DNA of 44,810 nt from Candidatus Micrarchaeota archaeon (GTDB lineage Archaea > Micrarchaeota > Micrarchaeia > Anstonellales > Bilamarchaeaceae): assembly GCA_013425375.1 (NCBI GenBank), contig JACCLH010000009.1:1-44810 (forward strand), given 5' to 3'. Each line of letters opens with the position of its first letter. Within the stretch, counting starts at the first letter, position 1. Shown here in pieces: positions 6,772 through 15,805 of the stretch. The notes beneath the pieces are model-generated. The model searched no databases. It was given only the letters and a program-made list of their open reading frames with translations, and had not been told where the DNA came from. The position numbers and the translations under genes were made by a program.

Positions 6772-7920
6772 CTACTGCATGCCGAGTAGGGATTTGAAGA
6801 ACGCGATTATCGCTTCAAGCAGGTCGCGCATCATACCGCGGTACTCGTTCGAAGTGCCATTCTGTGACTGGTTGCCAAGCGTCAAGTTCATATTTTTTTC
6901 AGGCAGTTCGCCTTGCCATGGCAGCGTCGCGGTTTGCTGGCTTGCGTTCTGCGTCTGGTTTTGTGGCTGAGGGCAATCCGCGGCAGTATCCACGCAGGTT
7001 CCATCAGGACAGACGACCGCGCCAGGGCATGGAGAAACGATCAGGGGCAATGGGTCTGATGAAGAGCCGAACGTGTATGGGGTGTCACCTATGCCGTCGT
7101 TGTCAGCGTCCGTGCCAGCATAATCGCTCCATGAGTTGCCGCCGAGCTGGTCTCCTCCGATGATGTTGGCACCTGGCGTCTTTGCTATGCTCCAGTTATT
7201 GCTGCTGCCTGCGGAGTAGGCGTTGTTTCCATTCTCGAACAGGTTGTTGTAGATGAGATTGTTGTTGCTGTTGAAGGAATAGATGCCGTATTCAGCGTTA
7301 TTCCTTATGGTGTTGCCAGTGAAGGTGTTATTGTCGACCTGGTTGAGCTCGACGCCTTTTTTTGCGAACCCTTCTATCGTGTTCCCGCTAAATTCGTTGA
7401 ACTCGCTCCTCCAGCCTTCGGGGCTTCTTTCTAAGGTAAGGCCATTGTAGGAGCCAGATATGATTCTGTTGTTCCTTATCACGTTGTATTTTGCTCCGGT
7501 GACTGTGAAACCGGTGCTGCTACCTGTGATGTTGTTGTTCTCAATCGTGTTATAGTAGGCGAGGTTCACGATCATGCCATGATGGTAGTTCTGGATATTG
7601 CAGTTTTTCACGGTGATATACGGCTGGTACGAGTACGGCATGGAGGCGCTTCTGCCGATGTAGACACCGACCCCGCCGCCATTACCGACTAGTGTCGCGC
7701 CATCGCAGTCCAGCGTCACAAAGAGATTGGACACCACCAGGCCGCCGTCCAATGCATAAGTTCCTGGGCAGAGTGTCGCGTTGTGCGTCACTTCAAGAGT
7801 TGTCGGAGACCATGGATTTATCTTGGTTCCGTAGGTATCAGGATTGTTCAGGTCAACGCAGTCAGCAAGAGCGAGCGGCGTAAGGCACAATATTGATAGC
7901 AGGAACAGGAGTTTTTTCAT
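6772..7920 (-). CDS. Secreted right-handed beta-helix (NosD/CASH-like) surface protein
   Basis: Likely start MKKLLFLLSILCLTPLALA (signal peptide, ATG 7920); Asn-rich parallel beta-helix repeats; GGN.WSDY.G.D.D.DGIGDTPY motif typical of NosD-like archaeal proteins. Confidence 0.8.
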   Translation of the reverse strand: MKKLLFLLSILCLTPLALADCVDLNNPDTYGTKINPWSPTTLEVTHNATLCPGTYALDGGLVVSNLFVTLDCDGATLVGNGGGVGVYIGRSASMPYSYQPYITVKNCNIQNYHHGMIVNLAYYNTIENNNITGSSTGFTVTGAKYNVIRNNRIISGSYNGLTLERSPEGWRSEFNEFSGNTIEGFAKKGVELNQVDNNTFTGNTIRNNAEYGIYSFNSNNNLIYNNLFENGNNAYSAGSSNNWSIAKTPGANIIGGDQLGGNSWSDYAGTDADNDGIGDTPYTFGSSSDPLPLIVSPCPGAVVCPDGTCVDTAADCPQPQNQTQNASQQTATLPWQGELPEKNMNLTLGNQSQNGTSNEYRGMMRDLLEAIIAFFKSLLGMQ

Positions 7921-8051
7921 AGGACCGCACCAACCAGCATTTCTGGACGGGATGTTTTCTGTATATCCGCTATCTCCTGGAAGGATTAAGAAAGCTCCGA
8001 GGCCGGATAGCAATATATGCTTTGCTGGAGTGGTATGTTTTGATGATGTCT

Positions 8052-8747
8052 ATGAGTCTCAACAAATATGCGGCTGAACTGATTGGGACTTTCGTGTTGG
8101 TCCTGATAGGGTGCGGGAGCGCAGTCATAGCAGGAGGCCAGATAGGATACCTGGGGATAGCCCTGGCCTTCGGTTTCGCTGTGCTATCCATGGTATACGC
8201 GATTGGCGGCATCTCGGGGTGCCATATCAATCCGGCGATAACCGTGGCGATGCTGGTCGCTGGCAAGATCAAGCTGAAAGATGCGGCAGGGTACATGATC
8301 TCGCAATGCATCGGAGCGATAGCTGCGTCCGCGGTGCTGCTCGTGATTGCAAGCGGAAACCCGGCTTATTCGCTCGCTGTCAACGGGCTTGGCCAGAATG
8401 GATACGGACCGGATTATCTTGGAGGGTATTCGCTTGTGGCGGCTTTGGTCGCTGAGGTGGTCCTGACAATGGTATTCCTGCTCGTGATATTCGGTGCGAC
8501 GAGCAAGGGAGCGCCTTCAGGTTTCGCTGGGCTCGCGATAGGCATTTCCCTTGTGTTCATACACCTTGTCAGCATACCGATCACCGGCACTTCGGTCAAC
8601 CCGGCACGGAGTTTAGGCCCTGCTGTGATTGCCGGCGGGAACGCCCTGGCGCAGCTGCCGGTGTTCATAATCGCTCCGCTTATCGGGGCTGTGCTGGCAG
8701 CGTTGATCTGGGAGTATGTCCTGGGCAAGAAACCAGAAAAAGAATGA
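8052..8747 (+). CDS. aqpZ: Aquaporin (MIP family, AqpZ-like)
   Basis: Two NPA motifs (SGCHINPAIT; TSVNPARS), AELIGTF start, six hydrophobic helices. Confidence 0.93.
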   Translation: MSLNKYAAELIGTFVLVLIGCGSAVIAGGQIGYLGIALAFGFAVLSMVYAIGGISGCHINPAITVAMLVAGKIKLKDAAGYMISQCIGAIAASAVLLVIASGNPAYSLAVNGLGQNGYGPDYLGGYSLVAALVAEVVLTMVFLLVIFGATSKGAPSGFAGLAIGISLVFIHLVSIPITGTSVNPARSLGPAVIAGGNALAQLPVFIIAPLIGAVLAALIWEYVLGKKPEKE

Positions 8748-8753
8748 CCGCAC

Positions 8754-8785
8754 CATTTCTTTGTTTTTTATTTTGCTGTTTTTTG
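8754..8785 (+). terminator. T-rich archaeal-type terminator after aqpZ
   Basis: CATTTCTTTGTTTTTTATTTTGCTGTTTTTTG directly after the stop, between convergent genes. Confidence 0.5.
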
Positions 8786-8797
8786 TCTAGTGGTAAG

Positions 8798-9745
8798 TCA
8801 GCCCTTCTTCTTGGAATCGCCATTATTCTTCAGGTGGGCGTAGGATTTCCAGTAGAAGAAGCCCACCACCATGAAGGTTGAGATTGGCGAGAGCCACGAC
8901 GGAATGTCGTAACCGAAGCTGTCCAGTATCATTATCGCGCCAAGCACAAGGATGGAGTACATGGCTCCGTTCTTCAGGAACACGTACTTTTTTATGTTCT
9001 CTATGTTGCGTATCGTCAGCTCCCGGACAAGGAATGCTCCGATGCCGTTGCCGATTAGGATGAGCGGTACTGCAAGCGTGAAGGCGAACGCACCCACCAC
9101 CCCATCTATGGAGAATGTGGCGTCTATCACTTCAAGGTAAAGGAGTTTGGACACATCGCTCAGACCTTCTGAACCGCCCTGCTCACGGAGTTCCATCTCT
9201 TTCTGCTCTGCGTTCTGCTTGAAGCCATGCACTATGAAGAACGCTGTGGAACCGACCACGCCTCCGAACGCCACCATCGGGTCCATGTTTATGGCATACC
9301 AGGTGATGACGGCAAGGAAGATGGAGACTACAGCGAAGAACCACACGCTCTGGGATTTGAAGAACCTCTCGCCAGGAAGGCCGAACTGCTTCTCCTCCAT
9401 GAAAAGCCAGTGGAAGAAAAGGAAAACCAGGAAGACACCGCCGCCCATGAGAAGGATGGGGCCGCTGGCCTCCACCGCCGCGACCACGCTCGGGTCGCTG
9501 CTCAGGGTGGCTGTGAATGCTCCGATAGGACCGAGGGCAGGATTGGCGACGAACAGGATGAGGCCGGGGAGGGCGCCCCTCACAAGGAAGACTGCAATTA
9601 TGAGCCCCCAGAGAAGGAACCATTTACGGGCCCGCTCGGACATCTTAGACAGTATTTCGGCGTTGATTATCGCATTATCAAGGCTGGTTATGCCCTCGAA
9701 GAATGCCAGTCCGAGGACTGTCAGGGTCATGCCCAATATGTCCAC
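8798..9745 (-). CDS. DUF475/TerC-like integral membrane protein
   Basis: FEGITSLDNAIINA and LYLEVIDATFSIDGVVGAFA motifs; multiple TM helices. Confidence 0.85.
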   Translation of the reverse strand: MDILGMTLTVLGLAFFEGITSLDNAIINAEILSKMSERARKWFLLWGLIIAVFLVRGALPGLILFVANPALGPIGAFTATLSSDPSVVAAVEASGPILLMGGGVFLVFLFFHWLFMEEKQFGLPGERFFKSQSVWFFAVVSIFLAVITWYAINMDPMVAFGGVVGSTAFFIVHGFKQNAEQKEMELREQGGSEGLSDVSKLLYLEVIDATFSIDGVVGAFAFTLAVPLILIGNGIGAFLVRELTIRNIENIKKYVFLKNGAMYSILVLGAIMILDSFGYDIPSWLSPISTFMVVGFFYWKSYAHLKNNGDSKKKG

Positions 9746-9799
9746 AATCAGCTTTGTTGCATGATGATGGTTAAAAATATGCAGGGCGTATGTGGAAGC

Positions 9800-12319
9800 A
9801 TGAGACTAACATTCTCGATTTTGGCCATCATAGTGTTCGCTGGCATGGTGTTCGCGGCGGATGATGTGTTCGAGGTTTCCATATCGCCCAGCCATCCCGG
9901 CCCGGACGATGAGGTGACCATAACCGCTGTCTATTCAGGCGCTGACGTACCCATCAGGGTGATAAGGATATTCGTGGATGGGGAGCAGGCGGAGGCATGC
10001 GAGACCAAGACGTGCGCATTCACCGGCGGGCCCTACGAGGACGGATTCGAGTACTATGCGACCTATGAGGATACCATTGGCGGCTCAGGGGAGAGCGAGG
10101 TAGTGGTCGTATCGCTACCTGACAAGGACCATGATGGCATCTTTGACTTCGAAGACAACTGCCCGGATGTTTCGAACCATAACCAGACAGACCAGGATGG
10201 GGATAACATCGGCGATGTGTGCGACAACTGCAAGCTTGTGAAGAACAGCTACCAGGATGACGAGGATGGGGACAGTGTCGGTGATATGTGCGACAACTGC
10301 ATGGAGATAAGCAATGACGACCAGAGAGACTCCGACGCGGATGGTGTCGGTGATGCATGCGACAACTGCGCCAACTTAGCCAACCCGAAACAAACAGATT
10401 ATGATGAAGATGGTATCGGAAACGAATGCGACAACTGCGAGTTTGACCCGAATCCTGACCAGAATGACAGTGACTACAAGGAGGTCTGCCCTGGAAGCGG
10501 CAAGGGCAGCCAGCCCGGGGATACGGTATGCCAAAAGGTGTATGATGGCTATGCCGATGCTTGCGACAACTGCCCTGACATCTACAATCCAGGCCAGGAG
10601 GATAGCGACAACGACGGGACAGGAGACATCTGCGACAACTGTCCTGAGATATCCAACTGGAAGCAGGGCGATATAGATGGCGACGGGCTTGGAAATGCGT
10701 GCGATTGCGATGACCATTACAAAGGGGAGAACGAGACAGGTGCCGACTGCGGGGGAATATGCGGCGGCACCTGCCCGGCTTGCGTACCAATCCTTTACAG
10801 CGGCAGCCCATCGGCTAAGATAGATATCGTCTTTGTTCCTGACAAGGACTATTATGGCGATATGAAGACGTTCCTGAGCGATGTGGATAACATCATAAAC
10901 CAGGGCTACCTGAAGGCCGAGGAGTTCAATGATTCTAGGTGCAAGTTCAACTTCTACTATTACCCACAGGCCGGCGAATACAAGGAGGTCTGCGCGGCAT
11001 GGGACCTGCCACCTGCGGAGAAGGTGGATTGCGCTTTCGCAGATGCGACTGCGATAGTGTTCAAGAGCAACAAGAGGGCATGCTCATCAGGGGTGTTCTC
11101 GCTTCCGTCCAATGATCCTAAGACCGCGGTCCATGAGACCGGGCATTCAATATTCGGGATGGCTGATGAATACTGTTGTGATGGTGGCTACTGGCAGCCA
11201 GACGCTCCGTATCCTAACGTATTCGATTCTAAGGCAACCTGCCAGGCCGGTTCGGCAAGCCCTTCTACATGCCTGAACTACTGCCCTGAGAAGAGATGCT
11301 GGCCTGGCCCGGCGACTTCCATCGCCACCTGCAGGAACTATTACAAATCCAAGGGCTGGGACCCCGATGAATGCGACTGCAAGGCATGGGCTAAGAAGAA
11401 CGGGATGCCGGAAAGCTCGTGCACCCAGACAAGCTCTGACAACTGCCCGCAGGTCTATGTGGATTATTGGAAAGCGCGGAACGTTTTCAAATCAGAACTC
11501 ACGACCATCTCCCCGAACTGGTGCAACTGGCGCGGTTATGGGATAACCGAGTGCTGCGCGAACAACGGCAACGGATGGTGGAAGTCAGACCCTGAGAACT
11601 GCACCATGCTGAACGGCAATGTGTTCGGCAATGACTGCAGCGGGCGCGTGGAAGCGAAGCTGGATTCGCTGCATTCCTGCGAGCCGATAAAGATGACGGG
11701 ATTTGTTAGTACCGAGAAGAAGGCGGTCGTGATAGATTACTTTTTCAGCGGTATAAAGAACGATACTGACGGGGGCAATGCCAGCTGGAATGGTGGCGCA
11801 CGGGTCATCCACCGGGCTGTGAACATCACGTATAGCGAACCGCCGAACAATTTCCGCCAGCGTGGCGAGTTCCGCGCGCGGGCGAACACCTCGAACGGGA
11901 CATACGAGTTCTATATAGAGGACCCGCGTATGTACAGGCTTTCTGACGTGGATAATTTCGAGCAGGGCATGGTTGTGGGGAACGAATCCGAGCTGAGCGT
12001 CGTCCTTCCGGTTGTACCGGGCATGACCATCATCGAGATTGTGGATGATGCGACGAACGAGACCCTGGATACGCTCGATGTCCTGCCTTACATCCAGGCA
12101 TTCTGCCAGGGAAAGAACGATAGCGACTGCGCGGAATATGGCGGGGTTGAAACCAGGGAACCCCAGGCCCAGGAAAACGAGACTGGTGGGGAGCGCACCC
12201 AGCCGCAAGAGAGAACCGGGGGGATTGATCCTATAGTCATCATTGCCGGCATTGCCATCGTATTGGGCGTTGCGGTGGCGGCATGGTGGTTCCTGGTAAG
12301 GAAACCGCCAAGCAGGTGA
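9800..12319 (+). CDS. Membrane-anchored secreted protein with thrombospondin type-3 repeats and an M64-like zinc metallopeptidase domain
   Basis: Likely start MRLTFSILAIIVFAGMVFA (signal peptide). Many DNCP..SN.DQ.D.D.DG.GD.CD repeats; KIDIVFV...HETGHSIFGMADEY zincin motif; C-terminal TM plus RKPPSR. Confidence 0.8.
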   Translation: MRLTFSILAIIVFAGMVFAADDVFEVSISPSHPGPDDEVTITAVYSGADVPIRVIRIFVDGEQAEACETKTCAFTGGPYEDGFEYYATYEDTIGGSGESEVVVVSLPDKDHDGIFDFEDNCPDVSNHNQTDQDGDNIGDVCDNCKLVKNSYQDDEDGDSVGDMCDNCMEISNDDQRDSDADGVGDACDNCANLANPKQTDYDEDGIGNECDNCEFDPNPDQNDSDYKEVCPGSGKGSQPGDTVCQKVYDGYADACDNCPDIYNPGQEDSDNDGTGDICDNCPEISNWKQGDIDGDGLGNACDCDDHYKGENETGADCGGICGGTCPACVPILYSGSPSAKIDIVFVPDKDYYGDMKTFLSDVDNIINQGYLKAEEFNDSRCKFNFYYYPQAGEYKEVCAAWDLPPAEKVDCAFADATAIVFKSNKRACSSGVFSLPSNDPKTAVHETGHSIFGMADEYCCDGGYWQPDAPYPNVFDSKATCQAGSASPSTCLNYCPEKRCWPGPATSIATCRNYYKSKGWDPDECDCKAWAKKNGMPESSCTQTSSDNCPQVYVDYWKARNVFKSELTTISPNWCNWRGYGITECCANNGNGWWKSDPENCTMLNGNVFGNDCSGRVEAKLDSLHSCEPIKMTGFVSTEKKAVVIDYFFSGIKNDTDGGNASWNGGARVIHRAVNITYSEPPNNFRQRGEFRARANTSNGTYEFYIEDPRMYRLSDVDNFEQGMVVGNESELSVVLPVVPGMTIIEIVDDATNETLDTLDVLPYIQAFCQGKNDSDCAEYGGVETREPQAQENETGGERTQPQERTGGIDPIVIIAGIAIVLGVAVAAWWFLVRKPPSR

Positions 12320-12329
12320 AAACAGATAG

Positions 12330-13910
12330 CTAGCTGGCCTTCTTTTGCCTCCTGCCGGCTTTTTTCCTTCTCCGGAAAAGCACATAGGCGAACAGGATGA
12401 AGAGGCCGATGATGCCGCCATAGTCGAAGAGCGGGATGAGGAAACAGCAGTAGAGCAACACGCCTCCGATGCCAAGCAGCGCGATGAGCATCTCGCCTGA
12501 GTTGTGCATCGCATGGAAGAACGCTGCGATTGGCACGCCGACGAAGAGGCCGAGGCCTGGAGCCTGGAATCTCCTTTCGATCAACCAACCGATGATTGCT
12601 CCGGTCAATGCAGTGTAGAATCCGTGGTTGGCTGAGAAAAGGATGGCCCGCAAGAAGAAGACCACGAACCAGCCGAGGATGTTAGACCCCATGGGGTTGG
12701 AAAGCAGATACACCCAATTCTCTATGAACGAGAAGCCCATGCCGATGACAAAACCGAAAAGGATGCCGTCCTCTATGGAGTCGTATTCGTGGTGTTCTGA
12801 AACAAGGCAGAGCCCGGCGCCTTTGTAGAACTCCTCCACAGGGGGGGTGAGCATGAAGGTGCTGATGAAGGCCAGGCCTGCGAATCCAAGGATGGCACCG
12901 GCTATCGTGTTGAAGCCGATGGCCATCAGGGCTGCCAGGCAACCCCAAAGGAAAAGCGTCACCACAAGGCGAAGCGGCTCCCTCTCCCGGAATTCCATGT
13001 ACCACCAGATGACGCACCAGACATAGGGTATGACGAACGCCATCAGGCCGGAAAGCACGAAAGCGACGAGCGCGGTCTCGGATTTCCAGACCTCTGCTGA
13101 GATGGCCATGTAGAAGAGCATGATGAAGATGCCTACGGTTTCAAGGAGCCAGAAATATGGCGAGAGTATGAAGGAATGGAATTTCTGGAGGATAGTCTTG
13201 CCGTTGGACAGGGGGGAGATTAGGGAAGCGAGGGTGTATTCGCCTTTGAATAGTGTGGTGTGGCTGGTATGGCTGGCGATATAGAACATGAGCAGGGTTA
13301 TGGGGAGCAGAATGGCTGCTGAAATCAGGAGCAGGAGAGTTATGATCGAGGAGGCGCTCCAGAAGTTCTCCTCGTAGGTGGACCAGTCCGCGCTGAGCTC
13401 TATCGGCTGGGAGGCATATTCCTTGTCTTCTGTGATGAGGACCGCGAATATCTTATAGTCCTGCGAGCGGAGATAGTTGTAGGGGACCAGGGCAGTGCAT
13501 GGGAATTCGGTCTGGCTGGCATAATCCTCGAAGAGCTCAAAATCCTCAAGGCAGTCTACCACCCCCACACGTTTGCCGTCTGCATAGATGTAGAGTGAGA
13601 GGGTGTCCGGGGTCGTGAGGGGCGGGGTCGCGATGGTGGTACTGAGCCCGTAGGGCGAATCGTCCGGAACGATGCTGGATGGCACTACGGCCGACAGCGT
13701 CAGGCCGCTGTTCTGCTCCATATCCCCGATTTCCAGCTTGATGTCGTTCTCTGCAAGGAAAGGCAGGAAGATGGTGAGGATGCTCAGGAGGATACCGCAG
13801 AGCGCAGCTAGCAGCACCAGACCTATGAATATGCGGTTAATGGTTTGAAGCAATTTCTCACTCACCGGCTTTCTTGGATTTTTCCATGGATGGCATAGGC
13901 GGGGATGCAA
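12330..13910 (-). CDS. prsW: PrsW-family glutamic intramembrane protease with N-terminal extracytoplasmic domain (start uncertain)
   Basis: REPL..V...F.WG, PPVEEFYKG, GFSFIEN, HGFYT and HAMHN motifs. Confidence 0.85.
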   Translation of the reverse strand: MHPRLCHPWKNPRKPVSEKLLQTINRIFIGLVLLAALCGILLSILTIFLPFLAENDIKLEIGDMEQNSGLTLSAVVPSSIVPDDSPYGLSTTIATPPLTTPDTLSLYIYADGKRVGVVDCLEDFELFEDYASQTEFPCTALVPYNYLRSQDYKIFAVLITEDKEYASQPIELSADWSTYEENFWSASSIITLLLLISAAILLPITLLMFYIASHTSHTTLFKGEYTLASLISPLSNGKTILQKFHSFILSPYFWLLETVGIFIMLFYMAISAEVWKSETALVAFVLSGLMAFVIPYVWCVIWWYMEFREREPLRLVVTLFLWGCLAALMAIGFNTIAGAILGFAGLAFISTFMLTPPVEEFYKGAGLCLVSEHHEYDSIEDGILFGFVIGMGFSFIENWVYLLSNPMGSNILGWFVVFFLRAILFSANHGFYTALTGAIIGWLIERRFQAPGLGLFVGVPIAAFFHAMHNSGEMLIALLGIGGVLLYCCFLIPLFDYGGIIGLFILFAYVLFRRRKKAGRRQKKAS

Positions 13911-13944
13911 TTAAATGTTTGCGGATGAAGAAAGTGCGGTGATA

Positions 13945-15117
13945 ATGCTGTTCGAAGGCATAAAGAGAAACGTAATCGTGCTGGGCATCGTCAGCTTCCT
14001 CACTGATGTGTCCAGCGAGATGGTATTCCCGATCATCCCGCTTTTCCTGACCACGGTGCTCGGCGTAGGCACGGAAATAGTCGGACTGGTGGAGGGTGTG
14101 GCTGACAGCATCTCCAGCCTGCTGGACATATTCTTCGGCTATTGGTCTGACCTCAGGGGAAGGAGGAAGGATTTCGTGGTGGCAGGCTACGGACTGTCGG
14201 CTATCCTGAAGGCAGGGCTGGTGTTAGCCACCATCTGGCAGCAGATATTGCTGATACGGGGCCTGGAGAGGGTGGGCAAGAGCATACGGACATCGCCGAG
14301 GGATGCTATAATAGCGGAATCGGCTGATGAGAAGAGCAGGGGGGCCGCCTTCGGCCTCCACAGGGCCAAGGATACGATGGGAGCGGTTGTAGGGCCGCTC
14401 TTGGCTTTGGCCATATTGTCCTTGTACGGACAGGGCGAGAGCGGATATCGTACGGTGTTCATGTTCGGGCTGGTCCCTGCTGCGCTCGCGGTCTTCACCA
14501 TACTCCTGTTCGTGCGCGAGCCAAAGAAAACACCGCAGAAGGAAGCGGTGAAGAAACCGCATTTCTGGGAGTCGCTCCGCATGCTCGGCCAGGGTTACAA
14601 ACGATTCCTCATGATATCCTGCCTGTTCTCGCTGGCGTATTTCAGCTTCGCGCTCTTGATCGTGAGGGCGAGCAATATCGGGATAGCTACCCAGGACATA
14701 CTGCTGATATATGTCCTCTATAACGTGGTCTATGCGATAGCATCCATGCCGATAGGGACGCTTTCCGACAGGATCGGGCGGAAGCATGTGATAGCCGCAT
14801 CATTCATGCTTTATGCCCTGATATGCGTGGGTTTCATATTCGTGAGCGATTTCTGGCAGGTGGCTGCACTTTTCGCGATTTATGGGATTTTCGTGGCGGC
14901 TGACGAGTCTGTGAATAAGGCTTACATTTCTGACATGGTCGAGGAGAAGAGTAGGGGAATTGCGTTGGGGGCATATAACAGCGCGGTAGGCGCGGTCTAT
15001 CTGCCGGCGAACGCCATATTCGGAGCGATATGGGCTGGTTTGGGGGCTACTGTGGCATTCGGGGCTGCTGCGGCGGTCGCAGTCGGAGCCGGAATCCTTA
15101 TGGCTACGCAGAAGTAG
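13945..15117 (+). CDS. MFS transporter
   Basis: VSFLTDVSSEM, GYWSDLRGRRK and LSDRIGRK motif A copies; about 12 TM. Confidence 0.9.
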   Translation: MLFEGIKRNVIVLGIVSFLTDVSSEMVFPIIPLFLTTVLGVGTEIVGLVEGVADSISSLLDIFFGYWSDLRGRRKDFVVAGYGLSAILKAGLVLATIWQQILLIRGLERVGKSIRTSPRDAIIAESADEKSRGAAFGLHRAKDTMGAVVGPLLALAILSLYGQGESGYRTVFMFGLVPAALAVFTILLFVREPKKTPQKEAVKKPHFWESLRMLGQGYKRFLMISCLFSLAYFSFALLIVRASNIGIATQDILLIYVLYNVVYAIASMPIGTLSDRIGRKHVIAASFMLYALICVGFIFVSDFWQVAALFAIYGIFVAADESVNKAYISDMVEEKSRGIALGAYNSAVGAVYLPANAIFGAIWAGLGATVAFGAAAAVAVGAGILMATQK

Positions 15118-15750
15118 CTATTTCAGGACCTTGCCGGTCTCCATGTACCAAAGGTAGAGATCCAGCTCGCCCTGACACAGGCCAGAACGCGATGCGACCG
15201 TTTCGAGAGCATGCTCGATTTCGAGGTACTTTTTCCGCGGGAGCGATTTGTTTTTGGGTTTTTTGATTATTTTGTGGCGGGCGAGCAGACCTATTATGTG
15301 GAAATCTATTATCGCCAGGTCGCGGCAACCAATATTCCTGAGGAAGTGGCTCGCCTCCTTGTAGCCGAGGCCGAGGATGTTTTCTGCGAGCCAGGCCCGG
15401 AGGACCTTCTCATCACCGGCTGAGGCAAGCATGCCCTTGAGCTTTCTGCGGCGCTTTCTCGCTTCTACTATATACCGCGCCCTTGTATTGGGAAAACGGT
15501 AGCCGAGGCGCCTGAGCTCTGCGGCGAGTGCTGGCTCTGGCAGGCTTGTGAAGCCGCCGCCTATCGCATCCTGTATCCTTATCGCACCTTCGGCACTGTA
15601 GTTGGCGGTTAGAAGGCAGAAACAGAGTTCGCTGAATACCTCATCTTCGGATTGGGCCCGTCTCGCCTCAAATTCCGCCATGCGCCTTTTCACCGACGAT
15701 GCGACGCGGCCTTTTTTTAGCGATTCGAGCGAGCGGCAGAGCGCTTCCAT
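15118..15750 (-). CDS. ogg: 8-oxoguanine DNA glycosylase/AP lyase (archaeal Ogg2 type)
   Basis: ELCFCLLTAN, GYRFPNTRA, HhH GLGYKEASHFLRN, AIIDFHI, DLYLWY..TGKVLK C-terminus. Confidence 0.92.
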   Translation of the reverse strand: MEALCRSLESLKKGRVASSVKRRMAEFEARRAQSEDEVFSELCFCLLTANYSAEGAIRIQDAIGGGFTSLPEPALAAELRRLGYRFPNTRARYIVEARKRRRKLKGMLASAGDEKVLRAWLAENILGLGYKEASHFLRNIGCRDLAIIDFHIIGLLARHKIIKKPKNKSLPRKKYLEIEHALETVASRSGLCQGELDLYLWYMETGKVLK

Positions 15751-15805
15751 TATGATGATTGTGCTGAGGTTAGTTTATTAAAAGTTGGGGTTATAGAAAC
15801 CGGGC

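Noticed and set aside
9227..9799. N-terminal 191 aa of the 1030-aa ORF
   Set aside because: It overlaps the DUF475 gene on the opposite strand. The signal peptide at 9800 marks the real start.
10120..10710. Repeated GACAACTG units as a DNA repeat array
   Set aside because: These are the coding DNC motifs of thrombospondin type-3 repeats, in frame within a protein.
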